DNA of 63,955 nucleotides, filler included, from Octopus bimaculoides (lineage: Eukaryota): NCBI RefSeq assembly GCF_001194135.2. It is 10 parts of 7 records of this genome, joined end to end, with 100 filler letters (N's around TTAATTAATTAA, not from the genome) between each part and the next. Parts side by side here need not be neighbours in the genome. Positions count along the whole stretch, not along the records: positions 1 to 18,351 come from NC_068988.1; 9 more parts are not named here. One strand, written 5' to 3'. Under the pieces are notes generated by a model that made no database searches, was not told the origin of the DNA, and was given only the letters and a program-made list of their open reading frames with translations. The position numbers and the translations under genes were made by a program. This document shows, piece by piece, positions 1-12,501 of this stretch; within the stretch, counting starts at the first letter, position 1, and every line of letters starts with the position of its first letter.

Positions 1-60
<60 letters not shown>
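1..60. repeat. (CA)n microsatellite
   Basis: Pure CA dinucleotide run at the window start. Confidence 0.99.
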
Positions 61-63
<3 letters not shown>

Positions 64-79
64 GCGTATATATAGACAC

Positions 80-350
80 ATTAAGTACAGAACATCACCA
101 ACGAGTGAAAAATGCGTTAACACACGAGAGAAAAATACAGGACAAAATACCAAAAGAAGATAACTGGCTCATCAGTTGTCGACTGTTTATTACTACTCAT
201 TTCGTGCTTTTAACTTGATAGGAATACTTCATAAGACAGCAGCATACAGACATTTTAAAAAAATGAAATTTGTGGTGAGTGAAGGCTTCGAACGAACAGA
301 CAACAACAGTGTGAACGTACAGATTGAACAATTGATGTTTGCACGTTTAT
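80..350 (-). mobile_element. Penelope-like terminal fragment (tentative) with a CTGATGA motif and T-rich tail
   Basis: Minus strand reads GAAA(203-200)-24 nt-CTGATGA(175-169), then a T-rich tail ending in microsatellite; same layout as 18452-18745. Confidence 0.3.
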
Positions 351-370
351 ATATATATCTATATATATAA

Positions 371-709
371 ACGTCCGGCCGAAACCGGACGTGGTTCCTC
401 CTGATGATGTCTTGAGCTAACTGGATCCTAATCCACCAAGGGAAGGTATGTCGGAAGAAAGTAATTCAACAACGTGGGTTGATGAACCGTAAGACGTGTG
501 GCCAGAACCTCCTGGAAAATAACCATAGCGAGGGACATTCCACAGTTGAATTAGAACAGTCACAAACAGTGAAAGAAGACATGCACCCAACACTAGAGCT
601 GAAGACACCTCCGAAAGGGGGTGGCCCCGCCACATCAAAACGGTAGAGGAGTAGGGGCCGAAACCGGACGTGGTTCCTCCTGATGATGTCTTGAGCTAAC
701 TGGATCCTA
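371..709. repeat. 54-bp perfect direct repeat (377-430 and 656-709, period 279 bp) with a terminal 8-bp hairpin
   Basis: GGCCGAAACCGGACGTGGTTCCTCCTGATGATGTCTTGAGCTAACTGGATCCTA occurs twice; ACGTCCGG(371-378)/CCGGACGT(385-392) is an inverted repeat next to a (TA)n tract. Confidence 0.9.
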
Positions 710-839
710 TAAAGGAGCTGTTGTGGTAGCAGACCACGAAACATGTTTGAAATTCCTCCTCGTGGTTGTTGCTGTTTCATTCGTCTAGATAATTATTATA
801 GAGGCGTGGATCCTCGTAGAACGTTGTATTACATGTCGT

Positions 840-2520
840 ACCTGTTATTACACTTGTTCAATGATTCATAGTCCTCCAGGCATTTGGACTCATCTATATT
901 CAACAAATTTCCTCTTAGTTATTGAAGTAAAAGAATAAGAAGTGTTGCGCCACGGAATGGTTGAAAGATAGACCTCTTGCTATGAAATACGATGCCCTTT
1001 GGAAATCTGGTCTTCTGTTTTTCAGATTTCATCCTTGTCAAGATTTTTGGTTAATGACATGATATTTTCAGATAAGTATAAAATTCATATTCTCTCGGTA
1101 GAACTGCTTTTAGCTTTTCGTATGGCTTGAGTGCAACAAAGAATTTCTCCCACGGGGCTAATATGGTGTTATAGCTGACGCTTAAATATGCCTTCTGTTA
1201 ACATGTAACGCACAGTTCTATCGTTTCATTTCTTTTTCCTTTTTTTTTTTTTTTCACTTATTTAGTATTTGATACACTGTGCAGTTAATGAAGCTCTGTT
1301 TATACAAGGGAAAGAAATCAGAGTTTCAGAAATGATATGTTAACTCCTCTTTGCTTTGTTCTATTTGTATTACGTTGAAGATCAAAGAGAATATGCAACA
1401 AAACGTTTATTTCATGGAAAGAGTTGTAGAATTATTGACTATATTCTTCTGTTGGAAGATGTATGAAGTTTGCAAAATGAATGAACAGCATATTTGTTGC
1501 TTAAATAAATAAAAAATAAACAATTTTAATGCGAAAGTCACAAGACTACTGACGAATGGTGAGGTAAACCAAATAATCTTTTCTCTCTGAGCATTTTTAT
1601 TTCTGTTGCATCTGCTGGATAAGTAGCATCCTATTGTATTTTTAAAGTAGATGAGTTTGAATGGGTAAATTTCATGTTGTACACCAAGCTGAAAATTTGC
1701 ATCATCGAAGGAGAGACTGATTATACATTTTTGTTGTTCCTATAGAGATTTTCTTAACGGCATTGATTGAATAACTACAACTTTTACGTTTGACCTCAGG
1801 CTCTCAGGGGTCTGTAGCTGAATTCTATTTTTGAATCCAGAAAGTTGATAAATATAAGATTGGTTTGTAATTTCACGTTAAATTTTTTCTTATGCATGAA
1901 TAGCTGCAACGTACATCAAGCAGTAACAACTGATAGTAGTATGTCCGAAACGGTCTCAAAGAAAGCGCATTTAAGAACCGACTGTACCAACAATTTAACT
2001 CATTCTTAAACCGTTACCTAGAACATTGCTTCATCACTCCTGAATTTCATCTTGTACGAAATGATAAGAATGCTATTATCAGCATCACGTGGTCAATATT
2101 GGTCAGAGCCGTTCTGCAATACTTACAAAATATTTATAAACTCAACTTCCAAGTATAGTATGACTTGTTTGTAATTTCTTTTTAGGAGAGTAAAGAATAG
2201 TTGATAATATACACCTCGTACCGCGTACATGTTGTACTTTGCTTTTAACAACAACGAATAATATTTTTGTACTACATTAATGTCTCTTTACATGTTGATG
2301 AAGCTGGTTGAAAACAGTTACTAGATTTACAAATATTTCTAGTCACGTTTTAAGAAACCTGTGTGTTTCGAGTTTCAAAATATCTTAAATTCTTCAGTAA
2401 AATTTCTCGAAATTTGCTGTATCATTCTTAAAACTTATCTTTTTCATCATATCAAGACGATCGACTTCAAAGGCTTCCAGTGCCAAACTTGATTTCCTTC
2501 AATAGATTCATACTTCTCTC
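840..2520 (-). mobile_element. Decayed non-LTR retrotransposon, reverse transcriptase relic (clade not assigned)
   Basis: Minus-strand remnants in RT order: EAFEVDR (2478-2457, cf. KAFDxVDR), CILSTIL (2213-2193, cf. QGCILSPLL), DADNSILI (2086-2063, cf. YADD), then NGLRM (cf. GLxIN); many stops and frameshifts. Confidence 0.6.
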
Positions 2521-3154
2521 ATAGAAGAGGTATATCTTCCGTTTTAATCTATTAATTAGAAAGATTTCAGTTTTACTGGATTTCAAGTTTCGGCTATGGC
2601 TGTGTAAAAGCTTTGCGTGCAAACATTGCTCATAATTGTATAGCACTATGAAATAGATTTAGCTGCGACAACGAAAAAAACAAGAAAACATTCTAAAGAA
2701 AAATACAGAATTACTCTTCTTACATGAGAATAATTTTATCTCTTTAATTACAAAAGAAAACAAAAATTAACTACCATAATCTACCGGATATACTTCGTCG
2801 TTTCGGTGGAAGTTTACCTACTGACATTGCGCGACGTCAACTAAAAGTCCACCGCTCCACTTTTTTGTATATACAAAGATAACTGTGACATTTGTAGATG
2901 TCATGAAATCATGTATCTATGACAAGAAAATCTTGTTTATGCTGTACTGATAGAGTTGTTCTTTTCCAGGGAGAACGCTAAAAATTGCAGTTATTCAATC
3001 AATGCCGTTAAGCAAATCTCTATAAGAACTGTGAGGCAGTATTGAAGGTGAGCATTTATAACAAGAATTTCCTCTCCTTGTCACCGGTTTTGTCTAAGAA
3101 ATAGACAAGGGATGATACGATACAGCCTGGCATCAGTGCCGTTTGAGAACTTAC

Positions 3155-3254
3155 CAAATGAAGGCAGAATATCATGTTGAACTGGCTTAGGGACTCCAGT
3201 AAAGACTTTATAGACTCCATTTGTTAATTTATTTTGTCGGTATGCACATTTAAC
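3155..3254 (-). CDS. Candidate 100-bp internal coding exon, product unknown (VKCAYRQNKLTNGVYKVFTGVPKPVQHDILPSF)
   Basis: Minus strand: ...ccatacccag|GTT acceptor and TTTG|gtaagt donor; only one of three frames is open. No homology recognised. Confidence 0.3.
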
Positions 3255-3640
3255 CTGGGTATGGTAATTCAATAAGAAACGTAAATAATCAGAACACGCA
3301 CTGAAATGGATTTCACTGAACGTTCTAACCAACGACTCTGCGTGGGGTAGATATGTACACTCATACACATGCACGCGCGCGCGCACATACACATGCGAGT
3401 TTTCTGTAAACGATGGATCACGAACGCCAATACTGCTCAAGGTATTAACTCACAATATATTTGTCTAAAAATCTTTTATACGGAAACAAGTCAGAATTCG
3501 AATTACGCATCTACTGTATCCCATACAGTTGTGATACCACTTACACTAAAATAGCAACAATCTCACAAGCGACGGAACAACAATGTTTTTACATTAGAAT
3601 ATCACAACAGAAGCATGGCGAAATATCATTCTTTTATTTT

Positions 3641-4040
3641 ATTCTTTTACTTGTTGCAGTCATTTGAGAGCGGCCATGCTGGAGCACCGCCTTTTGTCGA
3701 ACAAATCGACCCGAGGACTTATTCTGTAAGCCTAGTACTTATTCTATCGGTCTCTTTTGCCGAACCTCTAAGTTACTGGAGCATAAACACACTAACAACG
3801 GTTGTCAAGCGATGGGGGAAGGAGAAACACATACACATAAACACACACACACACATATGTGTGTGTGTGTGTGTGTGTGTATATAGCTTCTTTCAGTTTC
3901 CGTCTACCAAATCCATTCACAAGGTTTTGGTCGGCCTGAGTCTATAATAGAAGACACTTATCCAAAGTGCCACGCAGTGGGAATGAACCGGGAACCATGT
4001 CGTTGGGAAGCAAGCTTCTTATCACACAGCCACTCCTGCT
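3641..4040 (-). mobile_element. tRNA-derived SINE family A, near full length
   Basis: Head GGAGTGGCTGTGTG with A/B-box-like motifs, TTGGATAAGTGTCTTC body (consensus TTGGGCAAG), internal (CA)n and conserved tail; matches copies at 11213 and 14430. Confidence 0.9.
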
Positions 4041-4187
4041 CTTACCTGTAAATAAATATTTTATAAACAATGTATTAATTGGATGCAGGCATCACTAAGT
4101 GGTTAAGAAGATCCCCAACATAGCCATAGTTCCATGACTAAAAGAAATAAACTGTAAAAGCTAAAGATATCTAGTTGTTTATTCTAT

Positions 4188-4411
4188 GAGTTGGCAGAAT
4201 TATTAGAACGTCGGGCGAAATGCTTAGCGGTATTTCGCCTACCGTTACATTCTGAGTTCAAATTCGGCCGAGGTAGACCTTGCCTTTTATCCTTTCGGGG
4301 TCGATTAAATAAGTACTAGTTACGCACTGGGGTCGATGTAATCGACTTAGTCCCTTTGTCTGTCCTTGTTTGTCCCCTCTATGTTTAGCCCTTTGTGGGC
4401 AATAAAGAAAT
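4188..4411 (+). mobile_element. tRNA-derived SINE family B (tail type 1)
   Basis: GAGTTCAAATTC B-box, GCCTTTyATCCTTTCGGGGTCGAT core resembling the Deu/Nin SINE domain, and a tail ending GGGCAATAAAGAAAT; many copies in the window. Confidence 0.9.
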
Positions 4412-4744
4412 ATATAGCTATAAATGATAGCTAGTTTAAAGCGACTAATTTGGATGGATGAATGTCGGAGATCTACTTTGGTTCAACGGCATCGCGACTG
4501 GTGGAGTTACAGTACATGTGTAAGTTGACACTAGCAAGTAACACTACCTCACTTTTTTCCATCCAAGGATTCGTTTTTTTTTTCTTTACCCGACGAACTG
4601 TTATTGAAAGCTCCATTCAACCTGGAGATGCGGAGTTTATGGAGTACNNNNNNNNNNNNNNNNNNNNNNNNNNNNNNNNNNNNNNNNNNNNNNNNNNNNN
4701 NNNNNNNNNNNNNNNNNNNNNNNNNNNNNNNNNNNNNNNNNNNN

Positions 4745-4783
<39 letters not shown>

Positions 4784-5799
4784 ATATGTACTTATGTATG
4801 TATGTATGTATGTATGCATATGTCTTTATATGTGCGAATATACGTATATGTGTGTATGTGTGTGTAGATGTATGTATGTGTAAGTTTACATAATAATTTC
4901 TAATAAACCAGCAGTTAAGCATTTAATATAAATGTAATTAATAAATTTAAATTTCAATATTCGACCGGATTTCCAGTATTTACCATTCTGTTTTCATATC
5001 CACCATATTATATTAAGTATTATTTAATCCACTATATTTATGCATTTTTAAGAAGCTAACTTTTTTTGCTTCGAAGAAAGTGATTTTTCCATTGTCAGCA
5101 GGTTGGAAATCTTGTATAGGCTTGCTGACACCATTATCATAATGTCCATGTGTTCATAAATCGCCTGGACTACATAGCAAGTCTGAACTGCTCGTAGTAA
5201 ATTGATTAACTCAGATTAGTCAGCTGATAGCGTTATACGGCTCAGTTTCATTACAGCTCACTTCGGTGAACATAGAACTTACATATATAAACGTATAAAA
5301 TAACACTGAATTTATTATATAAAATTTTTAAGTGGGTTTTGCTTTACTGTAAGAGGAAATACACACTTGCTCGCAGACACAAACGAAAACACACATATAC
5401 ATGTTTTTGTCTGTGCTCGTATGCGTATTTTACCGTGTTTATGTGTGTATATCTATTTTCAGTCGAACCTGATTTAACCACTTTCAGCCGAAATTCCAAA
5501 GCGTACTGGAACACCTAGGTGTATTGGTCCGTGCAAATGCGCATGCGTATACGGTGTATATGTTGTGGTGTATTTGAACATTCATCCAATGCTTTCGTGA
5601 ACTCATATTCATTTACCAACTCTATAAGTTTATATATAAAATGTATATTTAATTACACTATTAAAATGTATAGCCGTCACTCACAAGCGCGTACGCCATG
5701 GTACAATGGTACCATGTTTTCCCTAATTGTTCTTGGTGCCTGTATAGCCGCAAGATGATATAGACAACTTCTTGGCATCCCTCACGCTTGAGAGAGCAA

Positions 5800-5975
5800 A
5801 ATGAGGAAATGACAGCTGAAGAAAAAGAGGACTGCACGAGTACTGAGCCGGTACTCATTTTCAGTTGAATAAACTTGAGGAACGTAAAATGACATTTTTT
5901 GCCCAAGGAGATAATTTGTTGCCCTACCCTCACATCGAACCCACAACATCATGGTAGTGATTCCTTCTCTCTAAA
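5800..5975 (-). mobile_element. Degenerate SINE family D fragment
   Basis: Loose similarity to 40070-40280 and 44905-45095 (TTTGCCCAAGGA box, ATCGAACCC B-box complement). Confidence 0.4.
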
Positions 5976-8224
5976 CATTAGAGCACAAGCTTCTATTCAA
6001 TTTCACTATACGTCTTTCAGTATTTGTCACTTTGTCAAAAATAATTCGGCTGAATTACATTAGAAGGGATCTATTATATTTGCAGTCTTTTTCCTAAACA
6101 TATTCCCAGCTCGTTATAACTCTACTAACTTTTATACTCTACTAACTCTGGTTTCTTCGGACGGTTCTTGTAACATGCCAGGTAAAAAAACAGGTCGCTA
6201 GCCAGTTTCTCAGCCTTCTTCCGCTTATTGGTGTGTGGTTCACCCCTGTATCTCTCAGAGAGAAGTGTAGCTGATTCTCAGAACGAAAAAGAGAAGAATT
6301 AACTCAAGAAAGATGTACGACGAAGATAAAGTCAGCAGTGCGAGAACTCAAAACACTCCGAGCCAAAGTAGGTGCCACACGACAACTGTTCGATGCTCTA
6401 TTCTGCAATTGATCTTTTTTGTAGTCCCTTGCATTGGTTCAAAAACATGTTAGATTTATGAATACTCAGAGCTGTCTCTTAAACTTTGAAGTTAACTGTT
6501 AACTTATATTTTACGTTTTATTTCACCTGCTTATATTGTGTATGCGTTAAATTAATCATTTCTATTTTAAAATATGTAGTGTCAGTTTTGTCTATACAGA
6601 TCTTTAAAAATTATAACTAATGTATAAACAGACAATTTAACTACCAGTCTTCTCTCGATTATTTTACATCGATAAACTATTATACGGTAAAATGCGCGTA
6701 GCTTGAAAATTTTGAAAGCAAGAATCTAACTTTCAACGCAGCAGACTTCACACAGACGACTACGGAGTACATCTTTGAAAGCCGATTATCTTTGAAAGCT
6801 GGAGAGAAAGCAACTTCACATGTCAGATTCAGCAAGTTTGTTTATCCGAACTCAACACTCTCAACGAATGGAATGAAAGAGTTTTGAATGGAAAAACGGC
6901 TTGTTTTACATTTTGTACTAAAATATGTAGGTACAATTCCTCAAGTCGAGATTGATGAGTATTGTACATGTCATGAGAAGGACATTATCTCTGAATTTTG
7001 AAAGTAATTTGATGGAAATGAAGAATGAAATATTTTGAAGATACGCCAACGTCGCCAACTGCAAAACTACAATAATATAACAAACATGCATTATTGGAAA
7101 ATAAGGGCTGCATGAAGTTTCCATTCGGGAAAGCAATAAGCAAATTGTTAACGTCTTCATTTAGCAATTTATTTATCTTATGTGTTAGTCCTTGCCCATC
7201 GAAAACACCATCAAATCTTGATCGAACGACCGGAAAATTTGCCTCTTTTAGGACTTTCAATGTTGAAAAAGGAAGCATACATTGAATATTGCAGACCCAG
7301 ATAGAGTATTTAAGAAAGGAAGACTTGATCTTGCTTTCAAATTTATGTATCCTGTGCGTTCGATTCGAGCTGAACTCAAACTGAAACACAAGAACACATC
7401 GTTTGTCTAACACTGGTAAAGCAGTATACTATCAGGTAATAGTTACCTCCTATTAGGCTGTCATCGGATAACGGCCAGCTTATCCAACAGTAACGTCTGT
7501 GTAGAATTTGTAAAAGTTGAATGCAAAAACAAAAATTGCTACGAGTTAGTGAATTATATTCGATTCAGTCGTGTAATGATTCTTTGGAAATATCAAAATA
7601 TGCAATGTTTCGACATCGTTGTGCCTTGCCAGTCAAAGCTGAATTGATAAACAAGAGCGTAGAACTCTAAATTTATTAGTCTCGGGTGCCTGTGACTGAC
7701 GAGACACAAATATGTTGAAACTCAGCGTGCTAATGAATAGAGTGTGTTAAGAAGATACGTTAGTCGGAAAGGAGAATTTGTTCTCGAATGACGAAATAGA
7801 GCAGTTATTATTCTATCCACGTTCGAAACTACTGGAACGCATGAAGAATGAATGTGAAAGTTATCTTTTTAACTCGAGCTGTCCAAAAGTCCATGACGAT
7901 ATACTACCTGTTGGCAGACACCAACACGCATCGACAAATAATTTATATGCTGAGGTATTATATAAAATGCACAAACTCTTGTTAGATTCATCACTGCAGC
8001 GTGCCATTTGCTGACAAGATAAAACTTTGTTAAAACGCTGGATGTACCAGCATTTTCTAACGGTATCAAGTGTGAAGAGAGTTATTCTACAGTTACGTGA
8101 CATTACAGGTACTAGGCTTTTCACGTTCGAATCTGCCGGAATGTTCTAATAATAAATATCGAGCGATCGTCGTATACGTACATAAAATTATTAATACACA
8201 CACACACCCACACAGACACACACA

Positions 8225-8270
<46 letters not shown>

Positions 8271-10200
8271 NNNNNNNNNNNNNNNNNNNNNNNNNNNNNN
8301 NNNNNNNNNNNNNNNNNNNNNNNNNNNNNNNNNNNNNNNNNNNNNNNNNNNNNNNNNNNNNNNNNNNNNNNNNNNNNNNNNNNNNNNNNNNNNNNNNNNN
8401 NNNNNNNNNNNNNNNNNNNNNNNNNNNNNNNNNNNNNNNNNNNNNNNNNNNNNNNNNNNNNNNNNNNNNNNNNNNNNNNNNNNNNNNNNNNNNNNNNNNN
8501 NNNNNNNNNNNNNNNNNNNNNNNNNNNNNNNNNNNNNNNNNNNNNNNNNNNNNNNNNNNNNNNNNNNNNNNNNNNNTATATATGGGTGTGTATGTGTGTG
8601 TATACAGGTGTAAGTTTATGGATGTTTTGGCTTAAATATATGGGTCTGCATGTTTATGTGTCAGTCAGACAGCTCTTATAAGCAGCTGAAATTAAATACA
8701 TTAATATAACTTCAAAACAACAATGTCCACAACGGAATGTTCTTTTCAAATCAACCAATCAATTTATTTTTCCGCATTGCAATTTCATTAAATTACAACA
8801 CCGTTTGAATAAAGAATATATATATATATATACATAAGGAGTATGCATACATGCAAACTTATATATGAATGTGTGTATATATGTGTATGAATGTTAATAT
8901 GTATATGTGTATATGTTTTTCTACTTGTATATTTACATTCATATACTATCGTCCATCTCTAACTAAACATTTATTTATCTCCATTCTTCCTTTAATAACA
9001 TTCCTACAAATATTTATTTGTCTATAAATTGAAATTTAGAAATGAATGGGGAAAAAAATAGAACAAGCAATTCTAAAATAAAATTAAAAAAGAAAAGAAT
9101 GAAGAACAAAAAACTACAAAAAAAAAAGCGTATTTTCTCTTCTGCAAGACTACAAGTATATGGCGCTGAAGAAATATATTTCAAAGCAGAAAACTAAAGA
9201 AAAGCGACATATAATTATTTTTAATAAGTTATATATANNNNNNNNNNNNNNNNNNNNNNNNNNNNNNNNNNNNNNNNNNNNNNNNNNNNNNNNNNNNNNN
9301 NNNNNNNNNNNNNNNNNNNNNNNNNNNNNNNNNNNNNNNNNNNNNNNNNNNNNNNNNNNNNNNNNNNNNNNNNNNNNNNNNNNNNNNNNNNNNNNNNNNN
9401 NNNNNNNNNNNNNNNNNNNNNNNNNNNNNNNNNNNNNNNNNNNNNNNNNNNNNNNNNNNNNNNNNNNNNNNNNNNNNNNNNNNNNNNNNNNNNNNNNNNN
9501 NNNNNNNNNNNNNNNNNNNNNNNNNNNNNNNNNNNNNNNNNNNNNNNNNNNNNNNNNNNNNNNNNNNNNNNNNNNNNNNNNNNNNNNNNNNNNNNNNNNN
9601 NNNNNNNNNNNNNNNNNNNNNNNNNNNNNNNNNNNNNNNNNNNNNNNNNNNNNNNNNNNNNNNNNNNNNNNNNNNNNNNNNNNNNNNNNNNNNNNNNNNN
9701 NNNNNNNNNNNNNNNNNNNNNNNNNNNNNNNNNNNNNNNNNNNNNNNNNNNNNNNNNNNNNNNNNNNNNNNNNNNNNNNNNNNNNNNNNNNNNNNNNNNN
9801 NNNNNNNNNNNNNNNNNNNNNNNNNNNNNNNNNNNNNNNNNNNNNNNNNNNNNNNNNNNNNNNNNNNNNNNNNNNNNNNNNNNNNNNNNNNNNNNNNNNN
9901 NNNNNNNNNNNNNNNNNNNNNNNNNNNNNNNNNNNNNNNNNNNNNNNNNNNNNNNNNNNNNNNNNNNNNNNNNNNNNNNNNNNNNNNNNNNNNNNNNNNN
10001 NNNNNNNNNNNNNNNNNNNNNNNNNNNNNNNNNNNNNNNNNNNNNNNNNNNNNNNNNNNNNNNNNNNNNNNNNNNNNNNNNNNNNNNNNNNNNNNNNNNN
10101 NNNNNNNNNNNNNNNNNNNNNNNNNNNNNNNNNNNNNNNNNNNNNNNNNNNNNNNNNNNNNNNNNNNNNNNNNNNNNNNNNNNNNNNNNNNNNNNNNNNN

Positions 10201-10245
<45 letters not shown>

Positions 10246-10310
10246 GTGCGTGTGTGCGTGTGTGTGTGCGTGTGTGTGTGTGTGTGCGTGTGTCTCTGTT
10301 TGTGTGTCTG

Positions 10311-10416
10311 TGTTGTCCTCCCAGCATCGCTTGACAACCGATGCTGGTGTGTTTATGTCCCCGTAACCTAGCGCTGCTCCAGCATGGTACCAGTCAAATA
10401 CTGAAACAAGTAAAAG
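10311..10416 (+). mobile_element. SINE A 3' part with internal deletion
   Basis: CATCGCTTGACAACCGATGCTGGTGTGTTT...CTCCAGCATGG...CTGAAACAAGTAAAAG; the central tail segment is missing. Confidence 0.85.
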
Positions 10417-10526
10417 TAAAAGTAAATATGCATATATATATATATATATAATTAAGCATATACATATACCTACTTGTCTACCTAGCTTCACGCACAAACA
10501 CACATACACACACATATATACATACA

Positions 10527-10680
10527 TTGGTTTCAAATTCTGGCACAAGGCTTGCATTTTTGGTGAAAGGACCAAGACTTTTACATCGATCACGGCGCTC
10601 AACCAACTGGCAATCATTTTATCGACCCCGCAAGAAGAAAACCAAAGTCGTCCTCGACGAAATTTGAAACACAGAATGAA
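10527..10680 (-). mobile_element. SINE B fragment (tail type 2), diverged
   Basis: ATCGACCCCG...AAAGTCG...AATTTGAA core and GGCACAAGG tail. Confidence 0.7.
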
Positions 10681-10752
10681 TAGACAGGGGAAATGCTGCT
10701 ATGCATCTTGTCCATTGTTTTAACGATTTTACCTGCTCACCGCCATACATGT

Positions 10753-10987
10753 GTGTTATTTCTTTACTACCCACAAGGGGCTACACACAGAGGGGGCAAA
10801 CAAGGACAGACAAACGGATTAAGTCGGTTATATCGACCCCAGTGCATAACTGGTACTTATTTAATTGACCCCGAAAGGATGAAAGGCAAAGCTGACCTCG
10901 GCGGAATTTGAACTCAGAACGCAGCGGCAGAAGACATACCGCTAAGAATTTAGCCCGGCGTGCTAACGTTTCTGCCAACTTGCCGCC

Positions 10988-10989
<2 letters not shown>
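10753..10989 (-). mobile_element. SINE B, full length (tail type 1)
   Basis: Collinear reverse complement of 4188-4411. Confidence 0.92.
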
Positions 10990-11021
<32 letters not shown>

Positions 11022-11212
11022 TGTGTCTGTGTGTGTGTATTCACGCATATATATTCACTCATATATATCCACGTACATATTCATGCGTATACTTTCCTCG
11101 TTTTTGATTTCCTAGTATGGCATATGTCTCTCCACGTACATACGTTTCTGTAAATGTCAGCATGTTTGTATGTATCTTTCTGTGCGTGTCAGCGTTTGGT
11201 ATGTATACGTAT

Positions 11213-11428
11213 ACTCTTTTACTCGTTTACTTGTTTCAGTCTTTTGACTGTGGCCATGCTGGAGCACCGCCTTTTAGTCGAGCAAATCGACCCCAGGACT
11301 TATTCTTTAGAAGCCTAGTACTTATTCTATCGATCTCTTTTGCCGAACCGCTAAGTTACGGGGGACATAAACACACCAGCATCGGTTGTCAAGCGATGTT
11401 CGGGGGACAAACACACACATACAAACAT

Positions 11429-11467
<39 letters not shown>

Positions 11468-11745
11468 NNNNNNNNNNNNNNNNNNNNNNNNNNNNNNNNN
11501 NNNNNNNNNNNNNNNNNNNNNNNNNNNNNNNNNNNNNNNNNNNNNNNNNNNNNNNNNNNNNNNNNNNNNNNNNNNNNNNNNNNNNNNNNNNNNTTCTTTC
11601 AGTTTCCGTCTACCAAATCCACTCACAAGGCTTTGGTCGGCCCGAGGCTATGGTAGAAGACACTTGCCCAAGATGCCGCGCAGTGGGACTGAACCCGGGA
11701 CCATGTGGTTCGTAAGCTAGCTACTTACCGCACAGCCACTCCTAC
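11213..11745 (-). mobile_element. SINE A, full length, spanning a gap
   Basis: Head at 11745, body 11594-11740, tail 11213-11410; the internal microsatellite runs into an N gap. Confidence 0.92.
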
Positions 11746-12214
11746 GTATGTGCGGGTTTGTGTTAAAACATAATCTATGAAGTAATCATATACCTCTATG
11801 AAGTAATTATATTTTTGAAATAGTTCTGTTCTTTGCAATGCGATATTCCGTTTATATTTTCTACCTGATTGGCCATATTTATTTAGCCGTATTTTAGAAC
11901 GGTTGATTGAATTTCGAAGTCTTCGAAGTAAGGAAATGAATGTAGGTATTGATAGCAATACTATTCACAACAACTTCGTTGATATAAGCGGCCTGAAAAT
12001 AATAACCGTCGAACCTCGAAATCGTAACAGTTATTCTTCAGTCATAAGTCATTTGAATGATTGCACGTTGCTTAAATAAAGGGAATAACTCCGCTGGACT
12101 GCTTGCCGCTGGAGTGTGTAGGAGGGGTTTTCTCAAAAGATCGCTTTTATTCTTTCTGTGTCTTTTTTTGTGTGTTTTCCTTTTTTTTTATTATGCTTTT
12201 GTTCTTTCTTTTTT

Positions 12215-12385
12215 TCTTTTCCAGTCATTCGACTGCAGTCTTACTGCGGCATCAGTAAATTGATTACATCGACCTCGGCTCAGGTGCTTAATCATTGCTC
12301 ACTTTCCTGTTCTTTGCTTTTTATTTTCGAGGTCTTATGTTACGAGGGCGTAAGCAAACCAACATCGGTGAAAGAGGGACACAAA
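12215..12385 (-). mobile_element. Diverged SINE A-related tail
   Basis: CAGTCATTCGACTGC and AAACCAACATCGGTG resemble the SINE A tail. Confidence 0.45.
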
Positions 12386-12440
12386 AATGAATATATGGAC
12401 GTACGCATGCACACACGCGTACACGCACAGACAAACAATC

Positions 12441-12453
12441 AGATAGATAGATG

Positions 12454-12501
<48 letters not shown>
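12441..12501. repeat. (GATA)n microsatellite
   Basis: Tetranucleotide run with one interruption. Confidence 0.98.

Noticed and set aside
466-780. 104-aa minus-strand ORF
   Set aside because: Overlaps the GC-rich direct-repeat unit, shows no recognisable domain, and is of a length expected by chance in GC-richer sequence.
2970-3047. Plus-strand 78-bp segment with good acceptor (ttttccag|G) and donor (AAG|gtgagc)
   Set aside because: Stops in all three frames; cannot be told from chance without RNA data, though a non-coding exon is not excluded.
5697-5716. CATGGTAC-AATG-GTACCATG hairpin
   Set aside because: A single 8-bp stem is within chance expectation for 64 kb.
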